NCBI GenBank assembly: GCA_965233865.1
Contig: OZ247587.1
Location: 1,024,001-1,088,000, forward strand
Length of the DNA: 64,000 bases
Source of the DNA: Candidatus Neptunichlamydia sp.
GTDB taxonomy: Bacteria; Chlamydiota; Chlamydiia; Chlamydiales; Simkaniaceae
Direction of reading: 5' to 3'
Position 1 is the stretch's first letter; each line of letters starts with the position of its first letter. Under the pieces are notes generated by a model, which worked only from the letters and a program-made list of their open reading frames with translations, ran no database searches and was not told the DNA's origin. This document shows positions 38,507 to 49,891 of the stretch, in pieces. The translations under genes and the position numbers were made by a program.

Positions 38507-39925
38507 ATGTCTGTCGAAACAATTTTGACCATTCTTGTTCTGCTCGCTGGCTTTTACATGGCTTGGAACATCGGAGCCAATGATGTGTCCAATGCAATGG
38601 GAACATCGGTGGGATCTGGAGCTTTAACCCTCTTTAAAGCAGTGATCATCGCAGGTATCTTGGAATTTTGTGGAGCATTCTTCTTAGGAGGCAATGTCTC
38701 TCGAACGATGCAACAAGGGATCGTCAACCCTGACATCTTTGCCCATAACCCGCAAATTCTCCTTTTTGGAATGTTATCAGCTCTTATCTCTACAGCCGTA
38801 TGGCTGCAGGTTGCTTCCTATTTTGGATGGCCCGTGTCCACAACCCACGCAATCATTGGAGCCCTTATCGGATTCGGCGCACTTGTTGGAGGGGTGGATG
38901 CAGTTCACTGGAATGAAGTGGGACGGATCGCTCTGAGTTGGGTCATTTCTCCCGCGCTTAGTGGCCTTTTTGCCTATATGATATTTAGTACGCTGCAACG
39001 AAAGATTCTCTTTGCAATGAATCCAATCAATGCAACACGGAAACTCATCCCCATATTAGTCTTTATCGTCCTCTTGGTTTTTACGCTAAGCGTCCTGATG
39101 AACGGTATGGGATCATTACACGTCAAGTTCAGTAATCTCGAAACGTTGCTGATTGGTTGCGGCATCGGCCTTGTTGGTGCTTTGATTAGTTTTTTTGTCC
39201 TCAAAAGAGTTTACCTGCCTCAGGAACAAGCGGTTTCAGCAAACACTTCTCAACAAGTCTTTAGCCTGAACAAAGCCGTCCGCCACTTGAAACGTGTAAA
39301 GCTTTCAAGCAAGGGGAATCGGCGCGACCAGGTTTCCCTGATCCTTCGCAACGTAGAAGATTATGCAGAAGAAGTACGGGAACACTCAAATCTTTATACA
39401 GCAAGTTCCGACTATAAAATTGTCGAAAAAATGTTTGCATCGCTTCAAATTTTGAGTGCTGCCTATGTTGCCTTTGCTCATGGTGCAAATGATGTCGCAA
39501 ACGCCATTGGTCCTGTTGCGGCGGCTCTCGAAATCATCCAAAAAGGAGGGCTTCCAATGACTTTTCATGTTCCAGCATGGCTTCTCGCTATGGGAGGTGT
39601 TGGAATCGTTGTTGGTTTGGCCACTTGGGGGTGGAGAGTCATGGAAACTATCGGCAGAAAAATTACTGCACTCACACCAACACGGGGTTTCAGTGCTGAG
39701 TTTGGAGCAGCGATCACAATCCTTGTTGCCTCAAAATTTGGTCTCCCCATTTCTACAACTCATTGTATTGTTGGAGCAGTGCTTGGTGTCGGCCTTGCGC
39801 GAGGGATTTCAGCCCTTAATATACGGGTGCTTCGAGACATTGTTCTTTCGTGGATCATCACGATTCCCTCAAGTGCTATCGTCTGCATATTAATTTTTTA
39901 TTTGCTTCGTGCCATCTTTTCATAA
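38507..39925 (+). CDS. Inorganic phosphate transporter (PiT family)
   Basis: Two GANDV signatures, PVSTTH/PISTTH. Confidence 0.95.
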   Translation: MSVETILTILVLLAGFYMAWNIGANDVSNAMGTSVGSGALTLFKAVIIAGILEFCGAFFLGGNVSRTMQQGIVNPDIFAHNPQILLFGMLSALISTAVWLQVASYFGWPVSTTHAIIGALIGFGALVGGVDAVHWNEVGRIALSWVISPALSGLFAYMIFSTLQRKILFAMNPINATRKLIPILVFIVLLVFTLSVLMNGMGSLHVKFSNLETLLIGCGIGLVGALISFFVLKRVYLPQEQAVSANTSQQVFSLNKAVRHLKRVKLSSKGNRRDQVSLILRNVEDYAEEVREHSNLYTASSDYKIVEKMFASLQILSAAYVAFAHGANDVANAIGPVAAALEIIQKGGLPMTFHVPAWLLAMGGVGIVVGLATWGWRVMETIGRKITALTPTRGFSAEFGAAITILVASKFGLPISTTHCIVGAVLGVGLARGISALNIRVLRDIVLSWIITIPSSAIVCILIFYLLRAIFS

Positions 39926-39975
39926 TTGTGCTAACACAAAATTATGAATTTTTATGCAAGGATTAGTATTAGTTC

Positions 39976-42528
39976 ATGACTCCACTAGAACTTCAAGCCG
40001 AAACTGTAGCTCAAAAGGTACGTCATTATCTCATCACCACAATGGGACGAACTGCTGATGAAGCAAATGATGATGAATTTTATCGGGCTTTCTGCGCATC
40101 GCTGCGTGAAGAGATTATGATCAACTGGACTGCCACAACGCATACATTCAAAAAACCGGGGCTCCGAAGGCTCTACTACTTATCAATGGAGTACATGCCT
40201 GGTCGCCTCTTTGGAAATAATATCACTAACATCAGTGCCGTTGATTTTGTAAAACAGATTCTAAAACGACTCAATCGAGATATTGACACAGTTGCTAGTA
40301 TGGAGCATGACATTGGGATTGGGAATGGAGGGCTCGGCCGCTTAGCCTCTTGTTTTATGGATTCTCTTGCAACACTCCAATACCCAGCAATGGCTTATGG
40401 AATGCGCTATCAATATGGAATTTTTGATCAAGAATTAATCTGCGGAATACAGATCGAACGCCCAGATTGTTGGCTACTTACACCCAACCCTTGGGAGTTT
40501 CGTCGTGATACCCACGCAGTTCCTGTCCGTTTCTCAGGGAAACCTGTCCCGCGTAAAAATAGTCACGGAGATGAAATCTATGACCTAATTGATTATGAAG
40601 AGGTAAGAGCTCTTCCTTACGACCTCCCGATTATCGGATATAGCCCCGATCCTAATTTTTCTGTTCTCACTCTTCGTCTTTGGTCAACCAAGGAATCTCC
40701 CCGCAATTTCCAATTGCAGCGGTATAATGCAGGAGAAATAGGGCAAGCAAGTGAAAATACAAGCCTTACAGATGTTCTCTACCCTAATGACAACCACGAA
40801 GCAGGAAAGCGTATTCGACTCAAACAGGAATTTTTACTTGTCTCAGCCTCTCTTCAAGACATAGTTAACCAGTATAAAGAGATCTACTCAAATATAGAGC
40901 AGTTTGCCGACGTGGTGCGTATCCAAATTAATGACACCCACCCCGCACTCATCATTCCAGAGCTCATTCACCTTTTAACAAAAGAAAATGACATCTCTTG
41001 GAGCAAGGCATGGGAAATCGTTCGTGCCTGCTGTGCTTATACAAATCATACAGTGCTCAAAGAAGCCCTTGAAGAGTGGAATGCCGAGCTTATGGATAAA
41101 CTCCTTCCCCGCCATTACGCAATTCTTCAAAGATTGAATCAAGAATTTTGCAGAGATGTTCGCACAACCTTTCCAAAAGATGAGGGTAGAGTCCGTCGCA
41201 TGTCGATCATTGAAGAGGGCCAGATAAAGATGGCAAACCTTGCAATTTATGGTTCCCATAAAGTGAATGGAGTTGCAGCGCTACATACCGAAATTTTAAA
41301 AACTTCTCTCTTTAAAGATTTTTACGAGATGTATCCCAATAAATTTGTCAATGTGACCAATGGAATCACACAAAGACGATGGCTCCTATATTGTAATCCC
41401 CTTCTCGTAAAATTTTTAGAAAAACGGATTGGAAATGGATGGATTACTAATTTTTCAGAGATTGCCAAGATTGCTGATTATGCAAATGACCCTGAGTCAC
41501 AAAAAGAATTTCTCGAAATCAAGAAAAAAAATAAACACCGCCTCCTCAAAATGATTGAGGAAGATATGGAGTTTCGCCATGGCTCTGGGAAAAATTTTTC
41601 ACAGCAAAATTTCCTTGGATCCGATGCGCTTTTCGATGTCCAAATCAAACGCATTCATGAGTATAAAAGGCAGCTAATGAAAGCATTGCATCTGCTGATG
41701 CTCTACTACGAAATCAAGGAAAACCCTGAGTCTCACCGCATCAAGAGATTTGCAATCTTTGGGGGAAAAGCAGCACCAGGCTACCTTGTTGCAAAAAGCA
41801 TTATCTGCCTTATCTATTGCCTCTCTCGAAAAATTAACCAAGACCCTGAGGTAGGTAAACGCATCAAAATTGTCTATATCGAAAACTATAACGTCTCAAA
41901 GGCTGAAGTGATTATCCCCGGAACAGACCTTTCAGAACAGATTTCAACAGCTGGGATGGAGGCATCCGGAACAGGGAATATGAAATTTTCAGTTAATGGC
42001 GCTTTGACTATTGCAACCGATGATGGAGCCAACATTGAAATGCGAAAAAAGGTAACAGATGAATGGTGGCCCTTTATGTTTGGAGCAAGCTCCAATGAAA
42101 ACCTTGAGATGCAGCGCGACCATAGATACAATCCTCTAGATATTTATTCAAACAACAAAAAAATTAAACAGGCTGTGGATGCATTAAAGAACGGCTCTCT
42201 CGTTGAAAATGATGTCGAACATGAAGCACTCATGACCGTCTATAATAGCCTCATCGAAAAAGGTTCTGATCGTTTCTTCGTGCTCAATGATCTAATGGCT
42301 TACTATGATACCCAAAAAAAGGTTGAGAAACTTTACTTAGATCCTGCCCGTTGGGCAGAGTGTGCAATTCACAATATTGCGGGAATGGGCTTTTTTTCTG
42401 CTGATGTTTCGATCAACAACTATGCCAAAAAAATCTGGGGGCTAGAAAAATGCCCTCCCGATCCAGCTGAGCTTGCTCAAGTCCGCAAGGAATATAGCGA
42501 GCACGACCGCTGCCGCGTCATCCAATAG
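39976..42528 (+). CDS. glgP: Glycogen phosphorylase
   Basis: GNGGLGRLASC, QINDTHP, KRIHEYKRQ, EASGTGNMKF. Confidence 0.97.
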   Translation: MTPLELQAETVAQKVRHYLITTMGRTADEANDDEFYRAFCASLREEIMINWTATTHTFKKPGLRRLYYLSMEYMPGRLFGNNITNISAVDFVKQILKRLNRDIDTVASMEHDIGIGNGGLGRLASCFMDSLATLQYPAMAYGMRYQYGIFDQELICGIQIERPDCWLLTPNPWEFRRDTHAVPVRFSGKPVPRKNSHGDEIYDLIDYEEVRALPYDLPIIGYSPDPNFSVLTLRLWSTKESPRNFQLQRYNAGEIGQASENTSLTDVLYPNDNHEAGKRIRLKQEFLLVSASLQDIVNQYKEIYSNIEQFADVVRIQINDTHPALIIPELIHLLTKENDISWSKAWEIVRACCAYTNHTVLKEALEEWNAELMDKLLPRHYAILQRLNQEFCRDVRTTFPKDEGRVRRMSIIEEGQIKMANLAIYGSHKVNGVAALHTEILKTSLFKDFYEMYPNKFVNVTNGITQRRWLLYCNPLLVKFLEKRIGNGWITNFSEIAKIADYANDPESQKEFLEIKKKNKHRLLKMIEEDMEFRHGSGKNFSQQNFLGSDALFDVQIKRIHEYKRQLMKALHLLMLYYEIKENPESHRIKRFAIFGGKAAPGYLVAKSIICLIYCLSRKINQDPEVGKRIKIVYIENYNVSKAEVIIPGTDLSEQISTAGMEASGTGNMKFSVNGALTIATDDGANIEMRKKVTDEWWPFMFGASSNENLEMQRDHRYNPLDIYSNNKKIKQAVDALKNGSLVENDVEHEALMTVYNSLIEKGSDRFFVLNDLMAYYDTQKKVEKLYLDPARWAECAIHNIAGMGFFSADVSINNYAKKIWGLEKCPPDPAELAQVRKEYSEHDRCRVIQ

Positions 42529-42600
42529 GACACGTCCACATACTTCCCCTGAGCCTATCCTAAATTTAGAAAATACGAGAGTGTATACCTAAATACACCT

Positions 42601-43344
42601 CTAGTTGAGTTCCCACTTTTTGAGGAGATTTTCGAGTTTTCCTTTGGAGCGCAGTTTATCGAGGCCTCGATTGAAGACTTCGAGCAACTCGGCATTATCT
42701 CCATTGAGAGTAAGGAGGCGGATCCCCGCATCATTGAGCGGAGGGGTTGCAATCTTGACCTTTCCAAAATACAGATCACGGACATAGCTTGTTGCTTGAA
42801 CATAGTTTACTAAAATCCCATCATATATTCCCGCAATCACATCATCAAGTCCATCTGGAATCGAATAGTAGTGTTGAACGATAACGCCTGGGAAGCGTTC
42901 GAGAAGAACTGTTTCACTTGAAAGCGTATCAACAGCAATTTCCTTGCCGTTCATTTGACCAAGAGCGCTGACTTTCATCCCATCTTTAATAATAAGAACA
43001 GGCCCAACATGAAGAATAGGATCAGAAAAAGTATAGGTTTTTTCAAGAAACATTCTGGGTGTCATAGAGGAAAGCATCCCGTCGTAGCGTTTTTCTTTCA
43101 ACCCAAAGATCAGGTTGTCCCAGCTCATTGTAACGCGCTCAAAAAAGACCCCCTCTTCTCTCCCAATCGCAACCAAGAGTTCATTTGCAAAGGCATAGAC
43201 ATTGGCTTCTTTTCCCTGAAGATTTATCGGATACCAGCTTGGATCCATCCCTACCCGGTAAGTTTTACCTCCCGCCCCGCATGCCCCAAGCAGAAATACA
43301 AGAGGTAAAAGTAGAGCCACTCTACGGAAAAATCGAACTTTCAT
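42601..43344 (-). CDS. Amino-acid ABC transporter substrate-binding lipoprotein (family 3)
   Basis: LGAC lipobox, VGMDPSWYP, WDNLI.GL...YD, FSDP, C-terminal L.KW. Confidence 0.85.
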   Translation of the reverse strand: MKVRFFRRVALLLPLVFLLGACGAGGKTYRVGMDPSWYPINLQGKEANVYAFANELLVAIGREEGVFFERVTMSWDNLIFGLKEKRYDGMLSSMTPRMFLEKTYTFSDPILHVGPVLIIKDGMKVSALGQMNGKEIAVDTLSSETVLLERFPGVIVQHYYSIPDGLDDVIAGIYDGILVNYVQATSYVRDLYFGKVKIATPPLNDAGIRLLTLNGDNAELLEVFNRGLDKLRSKGKLENLLKKWELN

Positions 43345-43975
43345 CCATACACCTAAATAACTTTATCTTCATCTTAGTAGAAACGATGCATTTGTTCAAA
43401 CTCAAATGACGACCTAGGAACCTGCTCAAAAACATCATTTTTTAAAAAGTCTGAAACCACTCCCTAATATAATTTGAAAACCTACTCTAACATTCTTATT
43501 TCCAAATAGTTAAACATCTCATCATCAAGACATAGAGAATAATTGTTAAATAAATAGAGAGTAAACTGGTTGGCAAAAACTGGAGAACTGAATGATGTGG
43601 TCTATCCAAGGATTTTTGTTTCCCCGAGAATTTCCCAAAATTAATTTACAAATAGCTTTTTGTATTATGTGTGAGGCAAAAATAATCCATATAGTAAGCA
43701 GATTTTTCTTGAACATCCAGAAAATGAGTTATTCGTAGCATCTAGAACCAGACATATAAGAGCTCTTTAAACACGGATATTACTCCTTGCCGTGGTAGTT
43801 ATAGTATCCACATGAACTTTCTTGGTTCCCTAACTAAGGATTGGAGCAATTAACATATTCATAGCTGCCCCAAGGCTACAAGAAATTGCCAGTAGATCTT
43901 TCCTTAAATAAATTATTTTTTAATTCAAGGGTCAGATAAGATCCACTCATGCGTCTCAACTTGGAGGTTCTTTAG

Positions 43976-44416
43976 ATGAAAAAAGTATGTTTAGTTCTAC
44001 TCTTAGGAGTTAGCCTTGGAGGATATTCTAAAACTGTGTCAACTTATAAAAACTGTGATAAAACCTATATTACACCGTTTCATGTAAGGCTACACGGCAA
44101 TAAAATTGAGATAGAAAATAGTGAGGAAATTTTTCAAACCTCTGCAGTTTTTTCAGATGATTCAGGACTCTATTATACAAATTATCTAAAGACAGAAGAA
44201 GTGGCAGAAGTGGAGGAGTCTACTGCTGTCGATTTAAGCCCACTGCTAAATGAAGATCACTTCACGACCGATGCACAACTCGAGCCTCTCAAAGAGGTTG
44301 AGATTGAGGCTAAAGCTCCAACAACCGTAGCAGATCCGCAACCACAAAAATCTGTTTCTTCCACAAGCGAGCAAAAACAGGTGAAAAATTGGCCCTATAA
44401 TACCAAGCGCCATTGA
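43976..44416 (+). CDS. Small secreted hypothetical protein with acidic low-complexity tail
   Basis: GGAGG RBS, signal peptide, 146 aa ORF. Confidence 0.75.
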   Translation: MKKVCLVLLLGVSLGGYSKTVSTYKNCDKTYITPFHVRLHGNKIEIENSEEIFQTSAVFSDDSGLYYTNYLKTEEVAEVEESTAVDLSPLLNEDHFTTDAQLEPLKEVEIEAKAPTTVADPQPQKSVSSTSEQKQVKNWPYNTKRH

Positions 44417-44445
44417 TAGTGTAAGAATAAATAGTCAACTTATCT

Positions 44446-46548
44446 TTAGCGAGCCCTTAGCAACCGAAGGCCATTGAAGACAACGACAAGGGCAGCTCCC
44501 GTGTCGGCGGCAATGGCCATCCAAAGAGAGGCTAGGCCCACAATTGCAAGGACCAAAAATATCGACTTCATTGCTAGGGCAAAGATGATGTTTTGTTGGA
44601 TCGTGCGTACTGAGCGCCGCGAATGGTGAATGAGCCAAGGGACACGCGACAAATCGTCAGACATAAGAACGATATCGGATGTTTCGATTGCAGCGTCTGT
44701 TCCCATAGATCCCATAGAGATCCCAAAACTGGCAGCAGCCATTGCTGGAGCATCGTTAATTCCATCACCAATCATTGCCACGGTTTCCCATTTCTTCTTT
44801 AAATGCTCGACCGATTCAACTTTGTCTTCTGGGAGAAGTTCAGATTGCACTTCATCTACACCTGTTAACTGAGCAATCGCTTCTGCCGCAGGTTTATTAT
44901 CGCCAGTAAGCATCACAATCTTCTCCACTCCAGCCTCTTTAACCTGCTGAATCACTTGTCTAACTTGAGCACGAGGCTCATCAGCAACACTGATTAAACC
45001 GCAAATATGCCTCTCATTTCCTATTGCAATAATAGAATGCCCTGCATCTTCTAGTTCAAGAGCCATTTCGTGAATTTCAGGAGTCTCTTGCTTCATCTCA
45101 TGCATAAACCGATGACTCCCGATCCAGTAACGGGTCCCTTCAAATGTTCCTTCCGCTCCCTTTCCTTGTGTAATTTGAAAGTCTTCTGCGCGCTTGACTT
45201 GAACATTCTTTTTCTTTGCATAATTTAAGATCGCCTGAGCAATAGGATGTTCACTAGGAGCTTCCAAAGCTGCAGCTCGCACCAAAAGTTCTTCTTCGGT
45301 ATGCCCATTAAGAGGAATCACTCGATGGACTTCGGGACGCCCATAAGTTAGCGTTCCTGTCTTATCTAGAGCAAGAGCACGAAGTTTGCTAGGCATCTCT
45401 AAAAACATCCCCCCCTTGATTAGAACTCCTTTCCTTGCTGCAGCTGTCATTCCAGAGACGATGCTCACAGGAGTAGAAATGACAAGAGCACAGGGACAAG
45501 CAATGACCAAAATTACAAGGGCGCGGTAAAACCAGATATCCCATCCGCTTCCAAACAAAAGTGGCGGAACAATCGCAACTAAGATGGCAATGCCAATCAT
45601 GATCGGCGTGTAGGTTTTTGCAAATTTCTCGACCCATTGCTGCGAACTTGCTCGCTTTGACTGAGCCTCTTCAACTAAATGAATGATGCGCGCAAGGGTG
45701 GTGTCATTTGCTCCTTTCGTCACCTGACATTCAAATGCTCCGTCTTCATTCAATGTCCCCGCAAAAACTTCGTCCCCCTCTTTCTTTTGAATCGGAATCG
45801 ATTCCCCTGTAATCGGTGATTGGTTAATTGAAGTCGCCCCTTCCTTAATAACTCCATCAAGAGGAACTTTTTCTCCTGGACGTACTAAAATCCTATCTCC
45901 AACTTGAACCTCTTCGACCGTTGTATCCCCCTTATCAATTACATGGGCAATTGTTGGAGATAAATCTATTAAGGCTGAAACGGCTTTACGTGCCCGCTCC
46001 ACACTCCAATGCTCAAGTAAAATGGCTACGGAAAATAAAAATGCAACAGTTGCCCCTTCGAACCACTCATTGATCGCAATCGCTCCAGCCATTGCAATAA
46101 GCATCAAAAAGTTCATATCTGGTTGAAAATTTTTAAGCGCAATATAGGCCTTAGGAATCACAAAATAGGCGCCAAAAGCCATCGCCATAAAGTACAAACG
46201 ATCTGCAACTGGATTTTCTTTTAGGTGAAAATAGACAGCAAAGACCAAAAAGGTTCCACTGATGATTGTTGTGAAAAATCTTTTATAACGACTCCAAAAC
46301 ATCGCCTCTTCAAGCTTTTCTCTTTCTTTCCATAAGACGGCTTTCAACCCTCCGTCCAAAGTCCATTGAATGATCTGATCCGCGCCTACATTCTCGCAAG
46401 TGACAATCATCTTAGCATTCAAAACATCAAAATTCAGATCAGTGATCCCCTCCTGTTTTGCAAGGGCTTTTTTTAATATGGCAACTTCTTCTGCGCAGTC
46501 AAGACCAATAACTTTAAATTCAAGCCTCATGATTTTTATTTTATCCAT
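44446..46548 (-). CDS. zntA: Heavy-metal P1B-type ATPase (Zn/Cd)
   Basis: GLDCAEE HMA domain, TGES, CPC, DKTGT, SEHP, GDGINDAP; alternative start 46530. Confidence 0.92.
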   Translation of the reverse strand: MDKIKIMRLEFKVIGLDCAEEVAILKKALAKQEGITDLNFDVLNAKMIVTCENVGADQIIQWTLDGGLKAVLWKEREKLEEAMFWSRYKRFFTTIISGTFLVFAVYFHLKENPVADRLYFMAMAFGAYFVIPKAYIALKNFQPDMNFLMLIAMAGAIAINEWFEGATVAFLFSVAILLEHWSVERARKAVSALIDLSPTIAHVIDKGDTTVEEVQVGDRILVRPGEKVPLDGVIKEGATSINQSPITGESIPIQKKEGDEVFAGTLNEDGAFECQVTKGANDTTLARIIHLVEEAQSKRASSQQWVEKFAKTYTPIMIGIAILVAIVPPLLFGSGWDIWFYRALVILVIACPCALVISTPVSIVSGMTAAARKGVLIKGGMFLEMPSKLRALALDKTGTLTYGRPEVHRVIPLNGHTEEELLVRAAALEAPSEHPIAQAILNYAKKKNVQVKRAEDFQITQGKGAEGTFEGTRYWIGSHRFMHEMKQETPEIHEMALELEDAGHSIIAIGNERHICGLISVADEPRAQVRQVIQQVKEAGVEKIVMLTGDNKPAAEAIAQLTGVDEVQSELLPEDKVESVEHLKKKWETVAMIGDGINDAPAMAAASFGISMGSMGTDAAIETSDIVLMSDDLSRVPWLIHHSRRSVRTIQQNIIFALAMKSIFLVLAIVGLASLWMAIAADTGAALVVVFNGLRLLRAR

Positions 46549-46560
46549 CGATGATTTATA

Positions 46561-47598
46561 ATGCCAGCCATGAAGAACATTTTGATTAAGCTCCTTCTCA
46601 CTCTAGCCCCAAAGAGAAGAAACCAACAGAATGGCGTACCCCGAATCCTTGTTGTTTCAACGACCGGAGTAGGCGATTCCCTCTGGGGATCCCCTGCAAT
46701 CCGTGCTCTGAGAAAAAAGCATCCTTGTGGGTATATCGCACTCCTAACAAGCCCTATTGGAAAACAACTTTTCCAAAATAATCCCTATCTCGATGAGATC
46801 TTCACACTTAAAAATCCCGCGCTCTTCTCTTCTATGAAACTTTTGGGAACCTTCAGGAAAAAAGTATTTGATACTGCCCTTATTTTTCACCTCTCGCAAC
46901 GTCCGACTCTTCCCTTAGTTTCCCTTGCTGGGCCTTCAAAAATTGTGGGGACTCAAGGAATTAACAAAGGGCTTGATCATCTTTTAACCGATCCCATCAA
47001 GCAGTCCCCTATTCACGAGATCCAGCGCCGCTTAAATATTGCTAGCTGCGAGGACTCCTCTCCAGAAATGGAAATTTTCTTGACTGAGGATGAAAACGAG
47101 GCTGCTTTAAGATACCTTCCAAACACGCACCTTATTATTGGAATGCACCCTGGAAGTAAAGACAAGTATAAACAATGGGACCCCAAGCATTTTGTTGAGC
47201 TCGGAAGAAAGCTTGCAAAAGAAAAAGGAGCCACCCTCATGATTACCGGAGACAAGGGAGAAAGCCCTCTAGCAGAGCAAATTGCCAGCAGCATTCCAGG
47301 AGCCATCTCTGTCTCTGGGAAACTCCCCGTTCGCGTCACTGCAGCCCTCATCGAAAAGTTCGATCTCTTTGTTACCAATGACACAGGTCCCATGCACATT
47401 GCCTTTGCAATGGGAACCCCTACCCTTGCAATCTTCTCACCCACTGATCCAAATCTCTGCGGCCCCTACCAAATCTCTCATGGAGGCGTCTTTCAAAAAC
47501 CCAGAACTTGCACTCCCTGTATTCGAAAAAAGTGTCGCTCTCCCTTCTGCATGGAACAAATTTCTCCTGACGAGGTTTATGAACGCATCCACATCTAA
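46561..47598 (+). CDS. Glycosyltransferase family 9 (heptosyltransferase-like)
   Basis: GVGD, HPGS...KQW, VTNDTGPMHIA. Confidence 0.9.
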   Translation: MPAMKNILIKLLLTLAPKRRNQQNGVPRILVVSTTGVGDSLWGSPAIRALRKKHPCGYIALLTSPIGKQLFQNNPYLDEIFTLKNPALFSSMKLLGTFRKKVFDTALIFHLSQRPTLPLVSLAGPSKIVGTQGINKGLDHLLTDPIKQSPIHEIQRRLNIASCEDSSPEMEIFLTEDENEAALRYLPNTHLIIGMHPGSKDKYKQWDPKHFVELGRKLAKEKGATLMITGDKGESPLAEQIASSIPGAISVSGKLPVRVTAALIEKFDLFVTNDTGPMHIAFAMGTPTLAIFSPTDPNLCGPYQISHGGVFQKPRTCTPCIRKKCRSPFCMEQISPDEVYERIHI

Positions 47599-47735
47599 GC
47601 GCCTCCCCCTCTTAGAAGCAGGGATTTCTAATGTTCTCAAAACTAAAGCAGTGCAAACATTCACCGATCTCCAAACCCTCGAATTTGAAACCTCTTGCGT
47701 TGAAATAAGTAGGTGATTCAGATATGCTCTAAGGT

Positions 47736-48674
47736 ATGAAAATCTATGTCATCATTCTGAATTGGAATGGAAAAGTGGATACCCTTCAGTGCCTACGAAG
47801 CCTGGAAGAGGTGCCGACTCCTCACAAAGTCGTCGTTGTTGACAATGGTTCGTCTGACGGATCAGCAGTAGCCTTTTTAGCAGCATTTCCTAAGGTGCAC
47901 ATCATTGAAACAAGAGAAAACCTCGGCTATGCTGAAGGAAATAATGTAGGAATTCGCTACTCTCTTAAAAAGCAGGCAGATTACATCTTCGTTCTGAATA
48001 ATGACACTGTTGTCACAAAAGACATCCTTGAAAAGTTTTTAATACGCGATGTTCCTATTCAAGGAGGAAAAGCCCTTCTGAAGGATGATCCATGTAAAAT
48101 TGACCACTTAGGGGGCAGGTGGAATGTGAAAGAAGGGGTTTTCGAGCTTGTAGGAGCTAATGCTCTAGCAAGTGAATGGACAAATCCTATTTTCTTAGAT
48201 TACGTTTGCGGAGTTGCTATTTTTGCTAAAGCAGAAGTCTTTAAAAAAGTGGGTCTTTTTGATCCGCGGTTTTTTCTTTTTTGGGAAGAATCTGATTGGT
48301 GCTTTCGTGCAAAAAAACTAGGCTTTGCAGCACAAGCGTGCCCTGAAGCCATTCTATTCCATAAAAAATCGGCTTCCTTTTCAGGAGGAACGCCTCATAC
48401 TTGTTATTTTTGGTGGCGCAATCGTCTCCTTTGGATTGAAAAAAACTGCTCTTTAGAAAAGCAAAAATATCTTAAGAAAACGATCCTTAAAGAAAGCCTT
48501 CATATATTTAAGCTTCTACTTCTTAAATACCTTCAGTTTCCCTTCTCGAAAAAAACATATGTCAGGCGCCTTCGCCTCCGCTTTTACCGCGCGCTTCTTG
48601 CTGGAGTACGTGATTACTACCTCCGCCGTTTCGGAAACTGCCCAGAATGGGTCATCCAAGGAATTAAAGAATGA
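47736..48674 (+). CDS. Glycosyltransferase family 2
   Basis: IILNWNG, VVDNGS.DGS, NLGYAEGNNVG, LNND, WEESDWC.R. Confidence 0.92.
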   Translation: MKIYVIILNWNGKVDTLQCLRSLEEVPTPHKVVVVDNGSSDGSAVAFLAAFPKVHIIETRENLGYAEGNNVGIRYSLKKQADYIFVLNNDTVVTKDILEKFLIRDVPIQGGKALLKDDPCKIDHLGGRWNVKEGVFELVGANALASEWTNPIFLDYVCGVAIFAKAEVFKKVGLFDPRFFLFWEESDWCFRAKKLGFAAQACPEAILFHKKSASFSGGTPHTCYFWWRNRLLWIEKNCSLEKQKYLKKTILKESLHIFKLLLLKYLQFPFSKKTYVRRLRLRFYRALLAGVRDYYLRRFGNCPEWVIQGIKE

Positions 48675-48805
48675 CCGCCCATATTATTAATGTTGCTTGG
48701 GGAGAAGCGTATGATGAAACCATTTTCCTTTTATCTTGCCAAACCCACTCAATCCCCTTTTCGTAAAAGGACCATACCTTTATATAGAGAATAGGGGGGA
48801 GTCAA

Positions 48806-49891
48806 ATGGACGTTGTCTTTGTTCTCAATTGTGGGAGCTCATCGATCAAATTTCAACTCATTGAGCCAGAGTCAGGTGATGTTCATCTAAAAGGGCTTGC
48901 CGAGAACTTAAATACTTCACGTGCAATGCTAAAATGGTCCAATGGGTCAAAGGACTTGGAAAAGGGAGACTATGACGATGCTTTGGGAGAAATCCTTCAT
49001 CTTCTGGGAAATGAGCAGCTCTTAGGCATAGGGCACCGAGTCGTTCATGGCGGAGAGTTTTTCAAAACATCAGTCAAAATTGATGATGATGTGCTCAGTA
49101 ACATCAAAGAATGTAACCACTTAGCTCCTTTGCATAACCCCGCAGCTGCACTCGGAATCGAAATCATGGGAAAGGAATTTCCCATGATCTCCCAAGTTGC
49201 CGTCTTTGATACTTCTTTCCATCAATCAATGCCGCAAGTGTCCTATCTCTATGCTCTCCCCTATGAATACTACGAAACATTCCAGATCCGCAGATATGGA
49301 TTTCATGGAACAAGCCATCGCTATGTTGCCCAAAAAGGAGCGGATGAAATCGGCAAGCCCTTAAAAGAAACTTCTTTCATTAGCTGCCACCTTGGAAATG
49401 GTTGCAGCATTGCTGCGGTCAAAGGGGGGGTGAGCCTCGATACTAGCATGGGGCTCACTCCCCTAGAAGGCCTTGTTATGGGGCAACGATGTGGCGATCT
49501 CGATCCGAGCATTGTAGGATTTTTAGCAGAAAAACTGCAGGTAAACAGCGAGAGTGTGATTTCAGTTCTCAATCAAAAAAGTGGGCTTCTCGGCATTTCA
49601 GGCATCAGTGGAGATATGAGGCTTTTGACTGAAAGTACGGATCCTAGAGCAAAGCTTGCCATCGAGATTTTTTGTTACCGCCTGGCAAAATATATTGCAT
49701 CTTACCTTGTTCCTCTACAACAGGTTGATAGCGTGATTTTTACTGGAGGGATCGGAGAAAATGCTTCAGGAATTCGAAATCAAGTTATGGCACATCTTAA
49801 CTCTTTCAATTTAAAAGCGCTTGTCATCCCTACAAATGAAGAACTAATGATTGCACGTGACACCGCAGTCATTGCGAGAGGAAAGTCATGA
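48806..49891 (+). CDS. ackA: Acetate kinase
   Basis: LNCGSSSIK, GHRVVHGG, APLHNP, YGFHGTSH, HLGNG, FTGGIGEN, IPTNEE. Confidence 0.95.
   Translation: MDVVFVLNCGSSSIKFQLIEPESGDVHLKGLAENLNTSRAMLKWSNGSKDLEKGDYDDALGEILHLLGNEQLLGIGHRVVHGGEFFKTSVKIDDDVLSNIKECNHLAPLHNPAAALGIEIMGKEFPMISQVAVFDTSFHQSMPQVSYLYALPYEYYETFQIRRYGFHGTSHRYVAQKGADEIGKPLKETSFISCHLGNGCSIAAVKGGVSLDTSMGLTPLEGLVMGQRCGDLDPSIVGFLAEKLQVNSESVISVLNQKSGLLGISGISGDMRLLTESTDPRAKLAIEIFCYRLAKYIASYLVPLQQVDSVIFTGGIGENASGIRNQVMAHLNSFNLKALVIPTNEELMIARDTAVIARGKS

Noticed and set aside
43400..43930. Long AT-rich intergenic gap with a possible IS-like end (GAACCTGCTCAAAAAC)
   Set aside because: No partner repeat or recognisable peptide; probably eroded DNA but cannot be supported
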